From: Candidatus Porifericomitales bacterium | Lineage (GTDB): Bacteria; Pseudomonadota; Gammaproteobacteria; CBDEFV01 | NCBI GenBank assembly: GCA_965237735.1 | Contig: CBDEFV010000007.1 | Coordinates: 143,305-207,304 of the forward strand | Direction of reading: 5' to 3' | Length of the DNA stretch: 64,000 nt | Shown here: positions 20,501 to 28,772 of the stretch, piece after piece | Position numbering within the stretch: position 1 is the first letter of the stretch | How the letters are laid out: every line of letters begins with the position of its first letter | Program-made: the position numbers and the translations under genes | The notes under the pieces: model-generated | What the model saw: only the letters and a program-made list of their open reading frames with translations | Told to the model about the DNA's origin: nothing | Database searches by the model: none

Positions 20501-20796
20501 AGGCCGCCTGCCAGCGGCTGCGGGCGGTCATGGTAACCTCCCTGACGACCATCGGCGGCCTGACGCCGATCATGTTCGAAACCTCGCTCCAGGCACAGTT
20601 CCTGATTCCCATGGCGGTCTCTCTCGTCTTCGGCCTCGCTCTGGGCGCCTTCCTGATTCTGCTGGTGGTGCCCTCCATGATGGTCATGAGCGAAAACATG
20701 AGGGCCTCCCTGAGCTCCTTCATCAACGAAGGACCCCGGTCGGGCCGGCTGGCAAAATACCTCGGCGAGCCCAGACAGCTCGGTGAACGAGCCTGA
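17590..20796 (+). CDS. Efflux RND transporter permease, paralog 2
   Basis: 1068 aa, apparent GTG start. About 70-75% identical to 12908..16114 over its whole length. Confidence 0.85.
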   Translation: MNGELQAPGTATGFIALMARHRVASNIVMMLMILSGLWGLSSLNRQFLPPFSIDVVVVSIVWPSASAEDVDVGIAQPVELALKELENVKKMTITSRRGYAGITIEVIEGVDPQVVVDDVKRILDQLTTLPGNSETPVVQAGQFYEGIGRFVLSTTGPPSELWNTARELERDLLNFGIDKVVTDGLPPEEISIEVPMERLVGMQMSLPQIADIINSLSQDVSAGRFGRDQGSRELRSVAQKRDPLEFADLLLQSDDGRNVRLGDIAHISRRAEEGSPISKFEGQQAVEFELQRLAGNDLLDQAELMQRWIAQKKTDGSLPENMEITVYNEDWLLLEQRINLLLKNAAGGLVLVLLVLILFLNRRLTTWVAVGIPVSFLATFFVMSGFDKTINMVSLFGLIMALGIVVDDAVVVGENMFSHLERGLDSTSAAIASAHRMLPPIAASSLTTVAAFLPLLLVGGIIGQILRDIPLVVICVILASVIECFLVLPGHLSHSLKNFKPGQQASRMRAALDRGFERLRHRFHDLSHWCFEYRGFTLSTTFAILVISFALVAGGLLKFTFFPVIESDAILVNVEYSSGTRPEVTRKYLTRLEESLLQAEKNLVGDNGILVNSVVVSEGSSLSIDQEIPETPGDHFGGMFVSMKPGERPVTNVALMDEWRRLAAEENEPGLQNLLIAEPQAGPPGDPIEFNIRGTNLENIKAAAEEFKLALRDYAGVNNIRDTLPYGNEEFIFRLTPLARSLDFSVAEIGQQLRSAFAGIEVQTFYDKSAEVQVRLHLPEKERNVVASLNRLPVRRGPVVIPLGDLVNFDIGRGIEQIERIDGAPTVIVKAKIDVNVANANEVIARLQTEVVPDIVRKYGIDYRFGGSQEDQKQTLNDMLVGLGLGVALIYLILAWVFSSYTRPFIVMTAIPFGIAGAIYGHFIMGIDLTLLSMFGLFGLSGIVINNSIVLLSFYDDLRAAGMEPLDAAVEAACQRLRAVMVTSLTTIGGLTPIMFETSLQAQFLIPMAVSLVFGLALGAFLILLVVPSMMVMSENMRASLSSFINEGPRSGRLAKYLGEPRQLGERA

Positions 20797-20829
20797 GAAC
20801 TTCCACCACAACTTTTCAACCCCTGGTCG

Positions 20830-21066
20830 ATGTCGCAAACTGCCTTTTTCGTTGTCAGCGTCTTTATCCTGGCCGCCGCGCTCCTGTGGCCGGCCTCGCG
20901 GATGATCTGGGTGCTCAGCGTGCGTCGCATCGAAAAACGCACCAAGACACGCCTCAGGCCCGAAGAGATCGCCGGCCAGAAACGCCGCGCCTGGATCATC
21001 GCCATCTTCTGTTGCCTGGTATTTTCTTATCTGTTCAATCTCTCCACCCTGGGGGTGCCGACATGA
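20830..21066 (+). CDS. Small membrane protein (2 predicted TM helices)
   Basis: 78 aa with hydrophobic stretches at both ends. Its stop overlaps the next start (ATGA), suggesting translational coupling. Confidence 0.4.
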   Translation: MSQTAFFVVSVFILAAALLWPASRMIWVLSVRRIEKRTKTRLRPEEIAGQKRRAWIIAIFCCLVFSYLFNLSTLGVPT

Positions 21067-21641
21067 AAGCCGGACGCCTCCACCGCCGCCTGGTCGTCAT
21101 TGCCTGGGTTCTCGGCGGCGGCTGGCTCGGCTGGTCGCTCTACGAGCAGTTCTTCGACCGCGACCCCCTGGTGATCGAGGTGGAGAGCGCCGAGCGCCAC
21201 TTCACCGATGGCCGCTATCGCGAATCCTTTGCCGTCTACGAGGAACTGGAGCGGGAACATCCGGAACATCCGCAGATGCTCCGAGGCATGGCGCGCAGCC
21301 TTATGCAACTCGGCGAAAACGAGCCGGCACTGAAACTCTACGACCGCGCCATCAAGGCCGCCGGCGAGTTCGCCGTGGCCTACCTCAACCGCGCCGTCCT
21401 CCTCGACCGCATGGGCCTGTTCAGTGCAGCGATCGTCGACTACGAAAAAGCCGCCGAGATCGATGTCAGCATCGACGAGGGGCCAGGCTGGCTGACACGC
21501 TTTCTGCGCAACCAGTCGGAAAAGCAACCTACGGCCAGCCAGCGAGCCCAGTACCTGCGCCAGCAACTGGCGTTGCCCGAGAACGAGCGCCAACTGCACC
21601 GGCCCGAAATAGACAGCAAGCAGCGCTCCTACCGCCACTAG
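21064..21641 (+). CDS. Membrane-anchored tetratricopeptide-repeat protein
   Basis: ATG 21064 (MKAGRLHRRLVVIAWVLGG: single TM), then TPR-like helical repeats (ALKLYDRAIKAAGEFAVAYLNRAVLLDRMGLFSAAIVDYEKAAEID). Confidence 0.55.
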
Positions 21642-21650
21642 ACTCCCACG

Positions 21651-22577
21651 ATGAACGATATTTTCCCCCCAAACGATGCGAATCAGCAGCACCTGAGCGC
21701 CGAAGAGACAGAGTCCGCCGCCAGCCCCTGGCCGGAGGCCGAGTCGGCAGAAGAGAAAGAGCTCACCGGCGCCTCGGCCGATCCTGTCGAGGAACCCGAG
21801 GCTCCCGCAGATATCCATTCGCTGTCTCCGGTCGAAGTCCGGGTGCTCGCCTGCCTCATCGAAAAGGAAAAGACGGTGCCGCAGAGCTACCCCCTGACGC
21901 TGCACTCCCTGACGCTCGCCTGCAACCAGACAAGCAGCCGTGAGCCGGTCATGCAACTCGAAGAAGGGGAGGCCTCCTCGGCCGCCAAGTCCCTGCAACA
22001 GAAAGCTCTGCTGCAATCGCCGCCAAGCGCCCGCGTCGAGCGCTACTCCCACTGCGCCCATCGAACCTACGATCTGCCGCCAGCGGCCCTGGCCGTCATC
22101 TGCACCCTCATGCTGCGCGGGCCCCAGACGGCAAGCGAGATCTTCCAGCGCAGCAGACGTATCCACCCCTTCGTCGACAGGGAGGAGGTGGAATCGGCCC
22201 TCGACGCCCTCATGCAACGGCAGCCGGCCCTGGCCTGCCCCCACCGGTCCCCCGGCCGCGGCCTGCGCTACATGCACTGCCTGGCCTCAGCCTCCAGCCC
22301 TCCCCCTGCAGCAGCCGCACCCGAAGTCGTGCCCGCGCCCGCTGGGGCCCCAGTCGAGCAGCCGGGCGCTGCACCTTCCGCCAGCGCCGATTCACAGGCC
22401 GCGCCCGCTGCAACCCCAGTCGGACAGCTGGGCACTGAACTTCCCGCCAGCGTCGATTCACAGCTGGCCGAAGCCCTTGAACGCCTCAGCCAGCAGGTGG
22501 GGCGCCTGATCGACCGGCTCGACCGACTGGAACAATATTTCGAGGGCCATGACCGCGGACAGCACCCCTTCGACTGA
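21651..22577 (+). CDS. yceH: YceH/DUF480 family protein with a Pro/Ala-rich repeat region and C-terminal coiled coil
   Basis: LSPVEVRVLACLIEKEKTVPQSYPLTLHSLTLACNQTSSREPVM and TLMLRGPQTASEIFQRS match the E. coli YceH pattern. Internal repeats PVEQPGAAPSASADSQ / PVGQLGTELPASVDSQ. Confidence 0.7.
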   Translation: MNDIFPPNDANQQHLSAEETESAASPWPEAESAEEKELTGASADPVEEPEAPADIHSLSPVEVRVLACLIEKEKTVPQSYPLTLHSLTLACNQTSSREPVMQLEEGEASSAAKSLQQKALLQSPPSARVERYSHCAHRTYDLPPAALAVICTLMLRGPQTASEIFQRSRRIHPFVDREEVESALDALMQRQPALACPHRSPGRGLRYMHCLASASSPPPAAAAPEVVPAPAGAPVEQPGAAPSASADSQAAPAATPVGQLGTELPASVDSQLAEALERLSQQVGRLIDRLDRLEQYFEGHDRGQHPFD

Positions 22578-22727
22578 GGCCTCTGGCGCCAAGTGTCACC
22601 CCCATCCGCAGCCGGTCGAAGCCCTTGAACGCCAGCCAGCAGCTGGGGCGCCTGATCGAGCGGCTCGATCGGCTGGAACAAGATATCGAAGGCCATGGCC
22701 GCGGCCAGAACCCCTTCGACTGAGGCC
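22469..22727. repeat. Tandem direct duplication (~112 bp x2, period ~147 bp) of the yceH-like 3' end
   Basis: Copy 1 is 22469-22580 and copy 2 is 22616-22727. Both read gaagcccttgaacgcc..gcctgatcga(c/g)cggctcga(c/t)cg(a/g)ctggaacaa(t/g)at(t/a)tcga(g/a)ggccatg(a/g)ccgcgg(a/c)cag(c/a)accccttcgactgaggcc. Confidence 0.8.
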
Positions 22728-23330
22728 CCGGGCGCTGAGGCTCATCCTCGGGGGCCAGCCCAACCGGCAAAAAAAGCCAACACCTTTTTCGCGCTGTGCC
22801 CGCCCGCACCCGTCCGCCAAGCCTTGACGGCCGCCGCCGGCCCGGCCCCGCCCCGGGCACGGGCCGTTGTCAGCGACAATCTTCACCTGACCCTGGTGTT
22901 TCTCGGCCCCCAGGACGACGAGGACGCCCGCCGCCTCGCCACCCTGCCGCTGCAGGCAGGCGCCCTTGCCGACTGCTGCCCGTTTTCGCTGCTGATCAAC
23001 GCCCCGGGCCGCTTTTCCAAAGCCGAAGTCGGCTGGCTCGGCCCGAAGAAGTGGCCGGCAGAACTCGATCTCCTGGTCGAGCGGCTGCAGGCAATGGCAC
23101 GGGAGCTGAACCTGCTGCAACAGTCAGAGGACGGACGACCCCGTTCCGGCTGGGCCTTCCGCCCCCACATTACCGTCTTCCGCCGTAGCCGCTGGCTGCC
23201 GGCCAAGCCTTCGCCGCCGATCCGCTGGGACGTTGACCGGCTCTTCCTGCTTCGCTCGACCGACGCCGGCGGCTACAGTACCTTGGCCGACTGGCCGCTC
23301 AAGGGTTCCAGCGCCTCGGACGCAGATTGA
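22695..23330 (+). CDS. thpR: 2H phosphoesterase family protein (LigT/ThpR-like RNA 2',3'-cyclic phosphodiesterase)
   Basis: Two H-x-T/S motifs (HLTLVFLG and HITVFRR). The N-terminal FFALCPP is typical of LigT. Start uncertain: no ATG near the conserved N-terminus, so the ORF-track start may be too far upstream. Confidence 0.6.
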   Translation: MAAARTPSTEAPGAEAHPRGPAQPAKKANTFFALCPPAPVRQALTAAAGPAPPRARAVVSDNLHLTLVFLGPQDDEDARRLATLPLQAGALADCCPFSLLINAPGRFSKAEVGWLGPKKWPAELDLLVERLQAMARELNLLQQSEDGRPRSGWAFRPHITVFRRSRWLPAKPSPPIRWDVDRLFLLRSTDAGGYSTLADWPLKGSSASDAD

Positions 23331-23895
23331 CCGCTCCAGCCTCCTCAGCACTCGGGGCAACTGGAAATATTGAAGATTCAGAAAATCAATGATCTTCTCC
23401 GTTTTTGCAATGTAAATCATAGATTACGGGTTCGAAATCAGGCATTGAAGGCTGCCTTATTTTGAATTTGAAATACTCGGTGTCTTTTTATTGGCGTTTC
23501 TTTGGTGATTCGCTCCTGGCGGCGCGACTGGCCGATGCTCTCCACATGCTTCCAACATATAGAGTACAGGCGCACTCTCATCCTTACGGCCAATGCGGTT
23601 GAGGCGGTGCACCACCAATTCAGGAAACTTGCTGAAAAACCAAGGAGGCTTGGCCAAGGGGGACTTTGTCAATGAAAACGGCTTACTTAAACTGCTCTAC
23701 GCAGATATAATGACGGCCAGTGAACGCTGAACATGCCTTATTCAGAGTCGGAGCCTGACACTCTTCCCGCTGATGATCCGCTTCCGTGGACGACCGGGCA
23801 AGTTGACCTGTGACTTGGCGTGACACTCAATTTTAAACACCCTCACAACCTTGGCGCGATGCCGGCAGGGGAAAAAACTGAACAGCTTTGATGCC

Positions 23896-24685
23896 ATGAA
23901 TTTTAAGGTCGGTCTACTTGTAATCGCTACAGGGAAGTATAAAGTGTTCCTGTCGCAACTCATCGAATCCGCGAAAAAACTTTTTCTTAAAAACCACAAT
24001 ATCCACTTTTATATCTTTACCGATAGTGATGCCATTCCTGTGGACTCCAACGCGGTGACAATTTGCGAAATTGAACACGATAACCTGGCCCTATGTGACC
24101 CTGAAGCGATTTCATTATTTTGAAAAATACCGCAACCGAATCCAAGAACAGGATTTCTTGTTTTATATCGATGTGGACAGTCGCTTTGTTGCAGATGTCG
24201 GAGAAGAAATCTTGCCGATTCCAGATGAAGGCATGGTTGGGGTTGTTCATCCTAGCTTTCGCAAAATCCCGCGCGGCACCTATCTGATTTCCTCGATTCT
24301 CATTTGTTTGGGTTTAGGGTTTCTGGTTCCCCGCCGCAAACGTGGCACCTACAAACGTGGCACCTATGATGAAAACCCAAAATCCAAAGCCTGCGTATCA
24401 AAAAATGAAGGACACATCTACTACTATGGGGGTTTTAATGGCGGGTCTACCGATCAGTTTCTCGCGATGAGTAATTGCTTGAAAACCAACATTGATGCCG
24501 ACCTTCAAAACGATGTAATAGCGCTCTGGCATGATGAGAGCCATCTAAACAGATACTTCATAGACCATCCTCCCGCAATCGTCTTAAGTCCAAGTTACAG
24601 CTACCCGGAAAAATGGAATCTGCCCTTTGAGAAAAAGATTTTGGCCTTGAAAAAAGATCATAAATCCATGCGGGAGAAGAAATAA
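23896..24685 (+). pseudogene. GT6-family glycosyltransferase (alpha-1,3-Gal/GalNAc transferase-like), split by a frameshift near 24070-24090
   Basis: N-terminal piece MNFKVGLLVIATGKYKVFLSQLIESAKKLFLKNHNIHFYIFTD (ORF 23851..24123) and C-terminal piece TWPYVTLKRFHYF..FLFYIDVDSRF..YYGGFNGG..ALWHDESHLNRYF (ORF 24071..24685) are in different frames. The GT6 hallmarks are all present. AT-rich (~40% GC). Confidence 0.65.
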
Positions 24686-25467
24686 CCAAAATCCTGCTCT
24701 TGGGTTCTTCTCCGCTTTTGTAAGATGAAAGTGCTATAAAAGGCTGACAAGGCTGGCTTAAAATGCTGAAACATCTCATTTCTCACACCCCAACGTCAAG
24801 GAACTATACCAGATTTTGCCGCCTCGAATCGACCGGCATCGGAGGCTGTTCAGTCGTGCCCGAAGAATCGAGAAACGCTTGATGTTACAGGATAAAGAGG
24901 GAAGTTTGGGTAAAATACATGGGAATTTATGTAGTAAAATTCGCAATGGTTAGCGTGTCGGTCTTCAACGCTTCCGGTTCAGCCGGTATCGGATTTCGAG
25001 TTCAGCCTTCGTGGGTTGGCGGTTCTCGCTCCGCGCCTTGCCTTGTTGTGCCAACAGCACATCCTTGAGCGCATCCGCGAAGTCTTTCCTGGACATTTCC
25101 CGACGCTCGGTCTTGTCGAACGGGTTTCGGTTCATCGAATCTTCCGTACCCGCCAATCGGCCCTGTTGCACAAACGGCTGAAGCTCGCGTGAACGCGAAA
25201 GGCCTCTCCAAGCGACGGTGCAAGTCCGCCGACGCACCTTGGCGGTCCGCCGGGGAAGGGTTGTACCGCTTCTGCAGCGCGCCGCTGGCTTGGTGCCTTA
25301 TGTTATACTTCGCTCTGGTAGTTTTACTGTCGTGGAAAGTCCAGAACCAAACCATATGACGCGGATTCAGTATCAAGGATTAGTGATTCATGGACCATAT
25401 CATCCTGTTTGATCCAGGCGGCACCGTAACCGCCCAAGAAATTTCACTATGCATTGGTACGCACTAA

Positions 25468-26247
25468 ATGAGTATTTCTTTCCGTTATCTTCACCGGGTA
25501 AGAGAACTGTGGCATACCTTTTGCGCTGGTTGGCGCCGCCGTATTTTTTCTGTTATTCTTCATCGGATAAGAGAACAGCGCAGAAACAATGCGCTAAAAA
25601 ACCATGGCGTGGAAGCCTTGGATATACTGCATAAGCTACTGACAAAAGAGAAGATCACCTACTGGCTATACAGGGGAACCTTATTGAAATTAATGAGAGA
25701 CGGTAGTTTCATTGGAGACAATACAGACATTGATATAGGTATATGGTCGAAAAAAGAGGATTATTCAAGGCTTGAGAAATGTCTCGCTCTCCAGAATTTC
25801 AACAAAAATTGGGAGCATCGTTCAGACGGCGCAATATGCGTACAAAGATTTGAATACAAGGGAGTAGGAGTAGACTTTTGCCATTTTTTTAAATCGTCAC
25901 AAAAGGTTTCTCAGTTTTCAACCCAAAAAGACGATAAAAAGCAAAGGTACGTGGTAGAGTTCTGTTTTGCCAAGGGTACATTTGACCATATCAAGACAAT
26001 AGAAAAAAATGGGAAATGTTATGCAATCCCTGACGATTATGGCGACAAAGTCCTTCGACCCTTGTATGGAGATTGGAAAACCCCGATACCAAAGGCTTTG
26101 TATCGCCCCAATATAAACTCCTCCAATGATATTCATCACAAGGATAAGCGGGTCTGTACTACTTGCCCTGTCCCTTCAGCGCATCCTCATGAGGCAGGAT
26201 TTCTTACAATCCTGAGTTGTTACTTAACCAACAAGGTACGACCCTGA
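25468..26247 (+). CDS. LicD-family (nucleotidyltransferase-fold phospho-sugar/cholinephosphotransferase-like) protein
   Basis: LYRGTLLKLMRDGSFIGDNTDIDIGIW matches the LicD motif (G..LG..R...fIPWDDDiDi). AT-rich context, start uncertain. Confidence 0.5.
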   Translation: MSISFRYLHRVRELWHTFCAGWRRRIFSVILHRIREQRRNNALKNHGVEALDILHKLLTKEKITYWLYRGTLLKLMRDGSFIGDNTDIDIGIWSKKEDYSRLEKCLALQNFNKNWEHRSDGAICVQRFEYKGVGVDFCHFFKSSQKVSQFSTQKDDKKQRYVVEFCFAKGTFDHIKTIEKNGKCYAIPDDYGDKVLRPLYGDWKTPIPKALYRPNINSSNDIHHKDKRVCTTCPVPSAHPHEAGFLTILSCYLTNKVRP

Positions 26248-26337
26248 AAATCTGGCCACAAACATGTACGATTTAGGAATGGGTTTACTGGTTTTTAATC
26301 CTTATGATGATGCCAGTCACATGGAAAGAATCACACA

Positions 26338-27324
26338 TTGCCTACAGTCCTTAATCAACACCATTCACCATACAGACAAAAAAGTGAAGTTGCTGTTTTG
26401 ATGAATCAGACTGTCGTCGGTAATCCCGCTCTTCTCGGGGTTGGCAGGGAAACAGAGCGTACAGTGAGACAACTGTTGAGGTCCTCGGATGCTCAATACT
26501 CTCTTATGGCCGCCAAATTCCCCGACAGTATGATAGTTGCACCTTATCACAGATTACAGCAGGAGATGCATAAAAGAGACAGGTGTCATAAAGTAGTGGT
26601 GTTTGCAGATGATTATATTGTCCCTTATAGCTGGATAGAAACAGTTTTTGCTGAGTTCAGGCGCTATAAATACGCAGATTTCTTAACACCTTCATCAGTT
26701 TTTATTCCTCAAAAAGATGCTCTTGTTCCTCTGGAATTGAAACCTGAATGGAAACTTGCAAAACAAGGCGAAAGAATAGTCGGTGTTGCAAGTGGAGTTT
26801 CTATGGAAGATGTGAATCGTATGGCAAGGTCACATAAAGATAGAAAAACAATTATGCACTATAGAGCCAACTCCTTTGAGACAACTGTCTTTACTGATCG
26901 TTTTCTTGAACTCAACGGACATGTCCATCCACATTATTTTTCTATATTTTACAATCATGAATATTTTCAAAGGGCAAAGCGTAATAAAGCAGTCGGTGTC
27001 GTATCTCGCCGTTCGTTTGTTTTTCATTATGGCAAAGGAGGGACAGCCTCTCTATATCAGGAGACGAGAAATGAAAAGTACAAGGGGTCTCCAGTGGAGA
27101 AGTTCTTAATACGCGACATGCATCTGTATAACGAAAGAAATGCTAAAAATGCTGATTACTTTTGGCAAAAACCAATGAACAAGAAGGCAGAGAATATCTC
27201 ATTTTTTGATACCAACAAAGAAATCGAGAGAAGAATAACCAGAAATAATTGGCGTTCTCTCAAATATAAAGCAAAACTTTTTTTCAATAGATTTTACCAC
27301 TTACGAACCAAGGCACTAGCGTGA
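26338..27324 (+). CDS. Hypothetical protein, possibly glycosyltransferase-associated
   Basis: 328-aa ORF in the same AT-rich islet as the GT6 and LicD genes. No motif I can name with confidence (VVVFADDY is weakly GT-A-like). Confidence 0.4.
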   Translation: MPTVLNQHHSPYRQKSEVAVLMNQTVVGNPALLGVGRETERTVRQLLRSSDAQYSLMAAKFPDSMIVAPYHRLQQEMHKRDRCHKVVVFADDYIVPYSWIETVFAEFRRYKYADFLTPSSVFIPQKDALVPLELKPEWKLAKQGERIVGVASGVSMEDVNRMARSHKDRKTIMHYRANSFETTVFTDRFLELNGHVHPHYFSIFYNHEYFQRAKRNKAVGVVSRRSFVFHYGKGGTASLYQETRNEKYKGSPVEKFLIRDMHLYNERNAKNADYFWQKPMNKKAENISFFDTNKEIERRITRNNWRSLKYKAKLFFNRFYHLRTKALA

Positions 27325-27860
27325 CAATCAGGTCGCACATTGTCGTATCATTCATCGACTCCAGACTGAAGTAGCTGTTTCTGATGTCTCGAATCAACGG
27401 TCCAGCACACTCAAGACACTGTCCGATGCGACTACTGATTGCCTGGAGCAGGTCCGCCAGTTTTTCTCCGCGGAGAAGCTGAACGGTTCTCCCTGCTTCG
27501 CTTGACCGGCTCCGACGATCAGGCCAGCCCGGCAAGTTGGCCGCTCAACGCCCCGCCGCCCCAACGGGCGTAAACCGAATCGATTCCTCCATATTCCCTC
27601 AAGGGTAGCCGCCATGGCCCAGTATCTACTGAAGCAATGCGGTCCGGCCCATCAGTCCCCACGCTATCCCCGTCTCTATCGCCATGATTGTTCCGGCGGG
27701 CACAGCCAGTGCGCTCAGCAGCCTCCGATGACGATGTCTGTCCTTTCGGGGCGGTCTCAAGACTCAATTGACTTCGGGTAAACTGACTCAGTATATTCTG
27801 GCTTGCCCGGATTGAGCGGTCTCCTCAATCCGGGCCCATATCCCCTCAAAGACAACTGCC

Positions 27861-28256
27861 ATGACCCTCGCCCCTCTGCTCAACGCAGCCCAGCCCATTC
27901 CTCCCCACACCGTCCTCGCCTTTGCCGCCGTCGTCGTCGGCAGCGTCCAGTTGCTGATGCCCAAGGGTACCCGCCGGCACCTGCTGATGGGATACAGTTG
28001 GGTGGGGCTGCTGGCCTTTGTCGCCATCAGCGGTTTTTTCATTCATGAGATCAGGCTCTGGGGGCCCTTCAGCCCGATTCACATCCTCAGCGCCTTCACC
28101 CTCCTGTCCATCTGGTGGGCCGTCTCGGCCGCGCGCTCGGGCAACATCAAAAGGCACCGGCTGATGATGACGATGCTGTACGGCCTCGCCCTGATCCTGA
28201 CCGGCGCCTTCACCTTCCTGCCCGGGCGTATCATGCATGCGGTCGTCACAGGATAG
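27861..28256 (+). CDS. Small integral membrane protein (4 predicted TM helices)
   Basis: 131 aa, four hydrophobic segments, high GC. No identifiable family. Confidence 0.5.
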   Translation: MTLAPLLNAAQPIPPHTVLAFAAVVVGSVQLLMPKGTRRHLLMGYSWVGLLAFVAISGFFIHEIRLWGPFSPIHILSAFTLLSIWWAVSAARSGNIKRHRLMMTMLYGLALILTGAFTFLPGRIMHAVVTG

Positions 28257-28311
28257 AGCGCCCGGGTCACGGGGGGGAGCGGCGAACCCTGCGGGAGTCA
28301 GGCGCAAAAAA

Positions 28312-28388
28312 TGGGGTGGATGATGGGGCTTGAACCCACGACCTCTGGAGCCACAATCCAGTGCTCTGCCAACTGAGCTACATCCACC
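28312..28388 (-). tRNA. tRNA-His (anticodon GTG)
   Basis: Reverse complement GGTGGATGTAGCTCAGTTGGCAGAGCACTGGATTGTGGCTCCAGAGGTCGTGGGTTCAAGCCCCATCATCCACCCCA. Cloverleaf with an encoded G-1, discriminator C73, anticodon loop TTGTGGC, and T-loop GGTTCAAGC. Confidence 0.8.
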
Positions 28389-28398
28389 GCAAAAGATA

Positions 28399-28475
28399 TG
28401 GCGCGTCCGGCAGGACTCGAACCTGCTACCCTCGGCTTAGAAGGCCGATGCTCTATCCAGATGAGCTACGGACGC
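28399..28475 (-). tRNA. tRNA-Arg (anticodon TCT)
   Basis: Reverse complement GCGTCCGTAGCTCATCTGGATAGAGCATCGGCCTTCTAAGCCGAGGGTAGCAGGTTCGAGTCCTGCCGGACGCGCCA. Very similar to E. coli tRNA-Arg(UCU). Confidence 0.85.
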
Positions 28476-28504
28476 AGTTCCGACATGCGCTGCGCCCTGA
28501 TGTT

Positions 28505-28581
28505 TGGTCGGGACAGCAGGATTTGAACCTGCGACCTTCTGCTCCCAAAGCAGATGCGCTACCAGGCTGCGCTATGTCCCG
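28505..28581 (-). tRNA. tRNA-Pro (anticodon GGG)
   Basis: Reverse complement CGGGACATAGCGCAGCCTGGTAGCGCATCTGCTTTGGGAGCAGAAGGTCGCAGGTTCAAATCCTGCTGTCCCGACCA. Anticodon loop TTGGGAG. Confidence 0.85.
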
Positions 28582-28658
28582 TCGCCGTCCAGGCAACCTA
28601 TTAAGAATATAGGCAAGCCGTTGCCAATGCTACAGCTGAGGCGACAAAGGGTGCATCC

Positions 28659-28757
28659 AGGCCCTGAAAGTCCCTCGGTCGAAGGATTCAGGCCCTGAAA
28701 GTCCCTCGGTCGAAGGATTCAGGCCCTGAAAGTCCCTCGGTCGAAGGATTCAGGCCG
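28659..28757. repeat. Tandem 31-bp repeat x3.2 (AGGCCCTGAAAGTCCCTCGGTCGAAGGATTC), each unit able to form a hairpin
   Basis: Exact copies at 28659, 28690 and 28721, then a partial unit. Each unit has the inverted repeat GGCCCTGAA / TTCAGGCC spanning the unit junction. It lies between tRNA-Pro and the stop of the dihydroorotase-like gene, which converge here. Confidence 0.85.
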
Positions 28758-28772
28758 CTGGCAAATCCAGGG

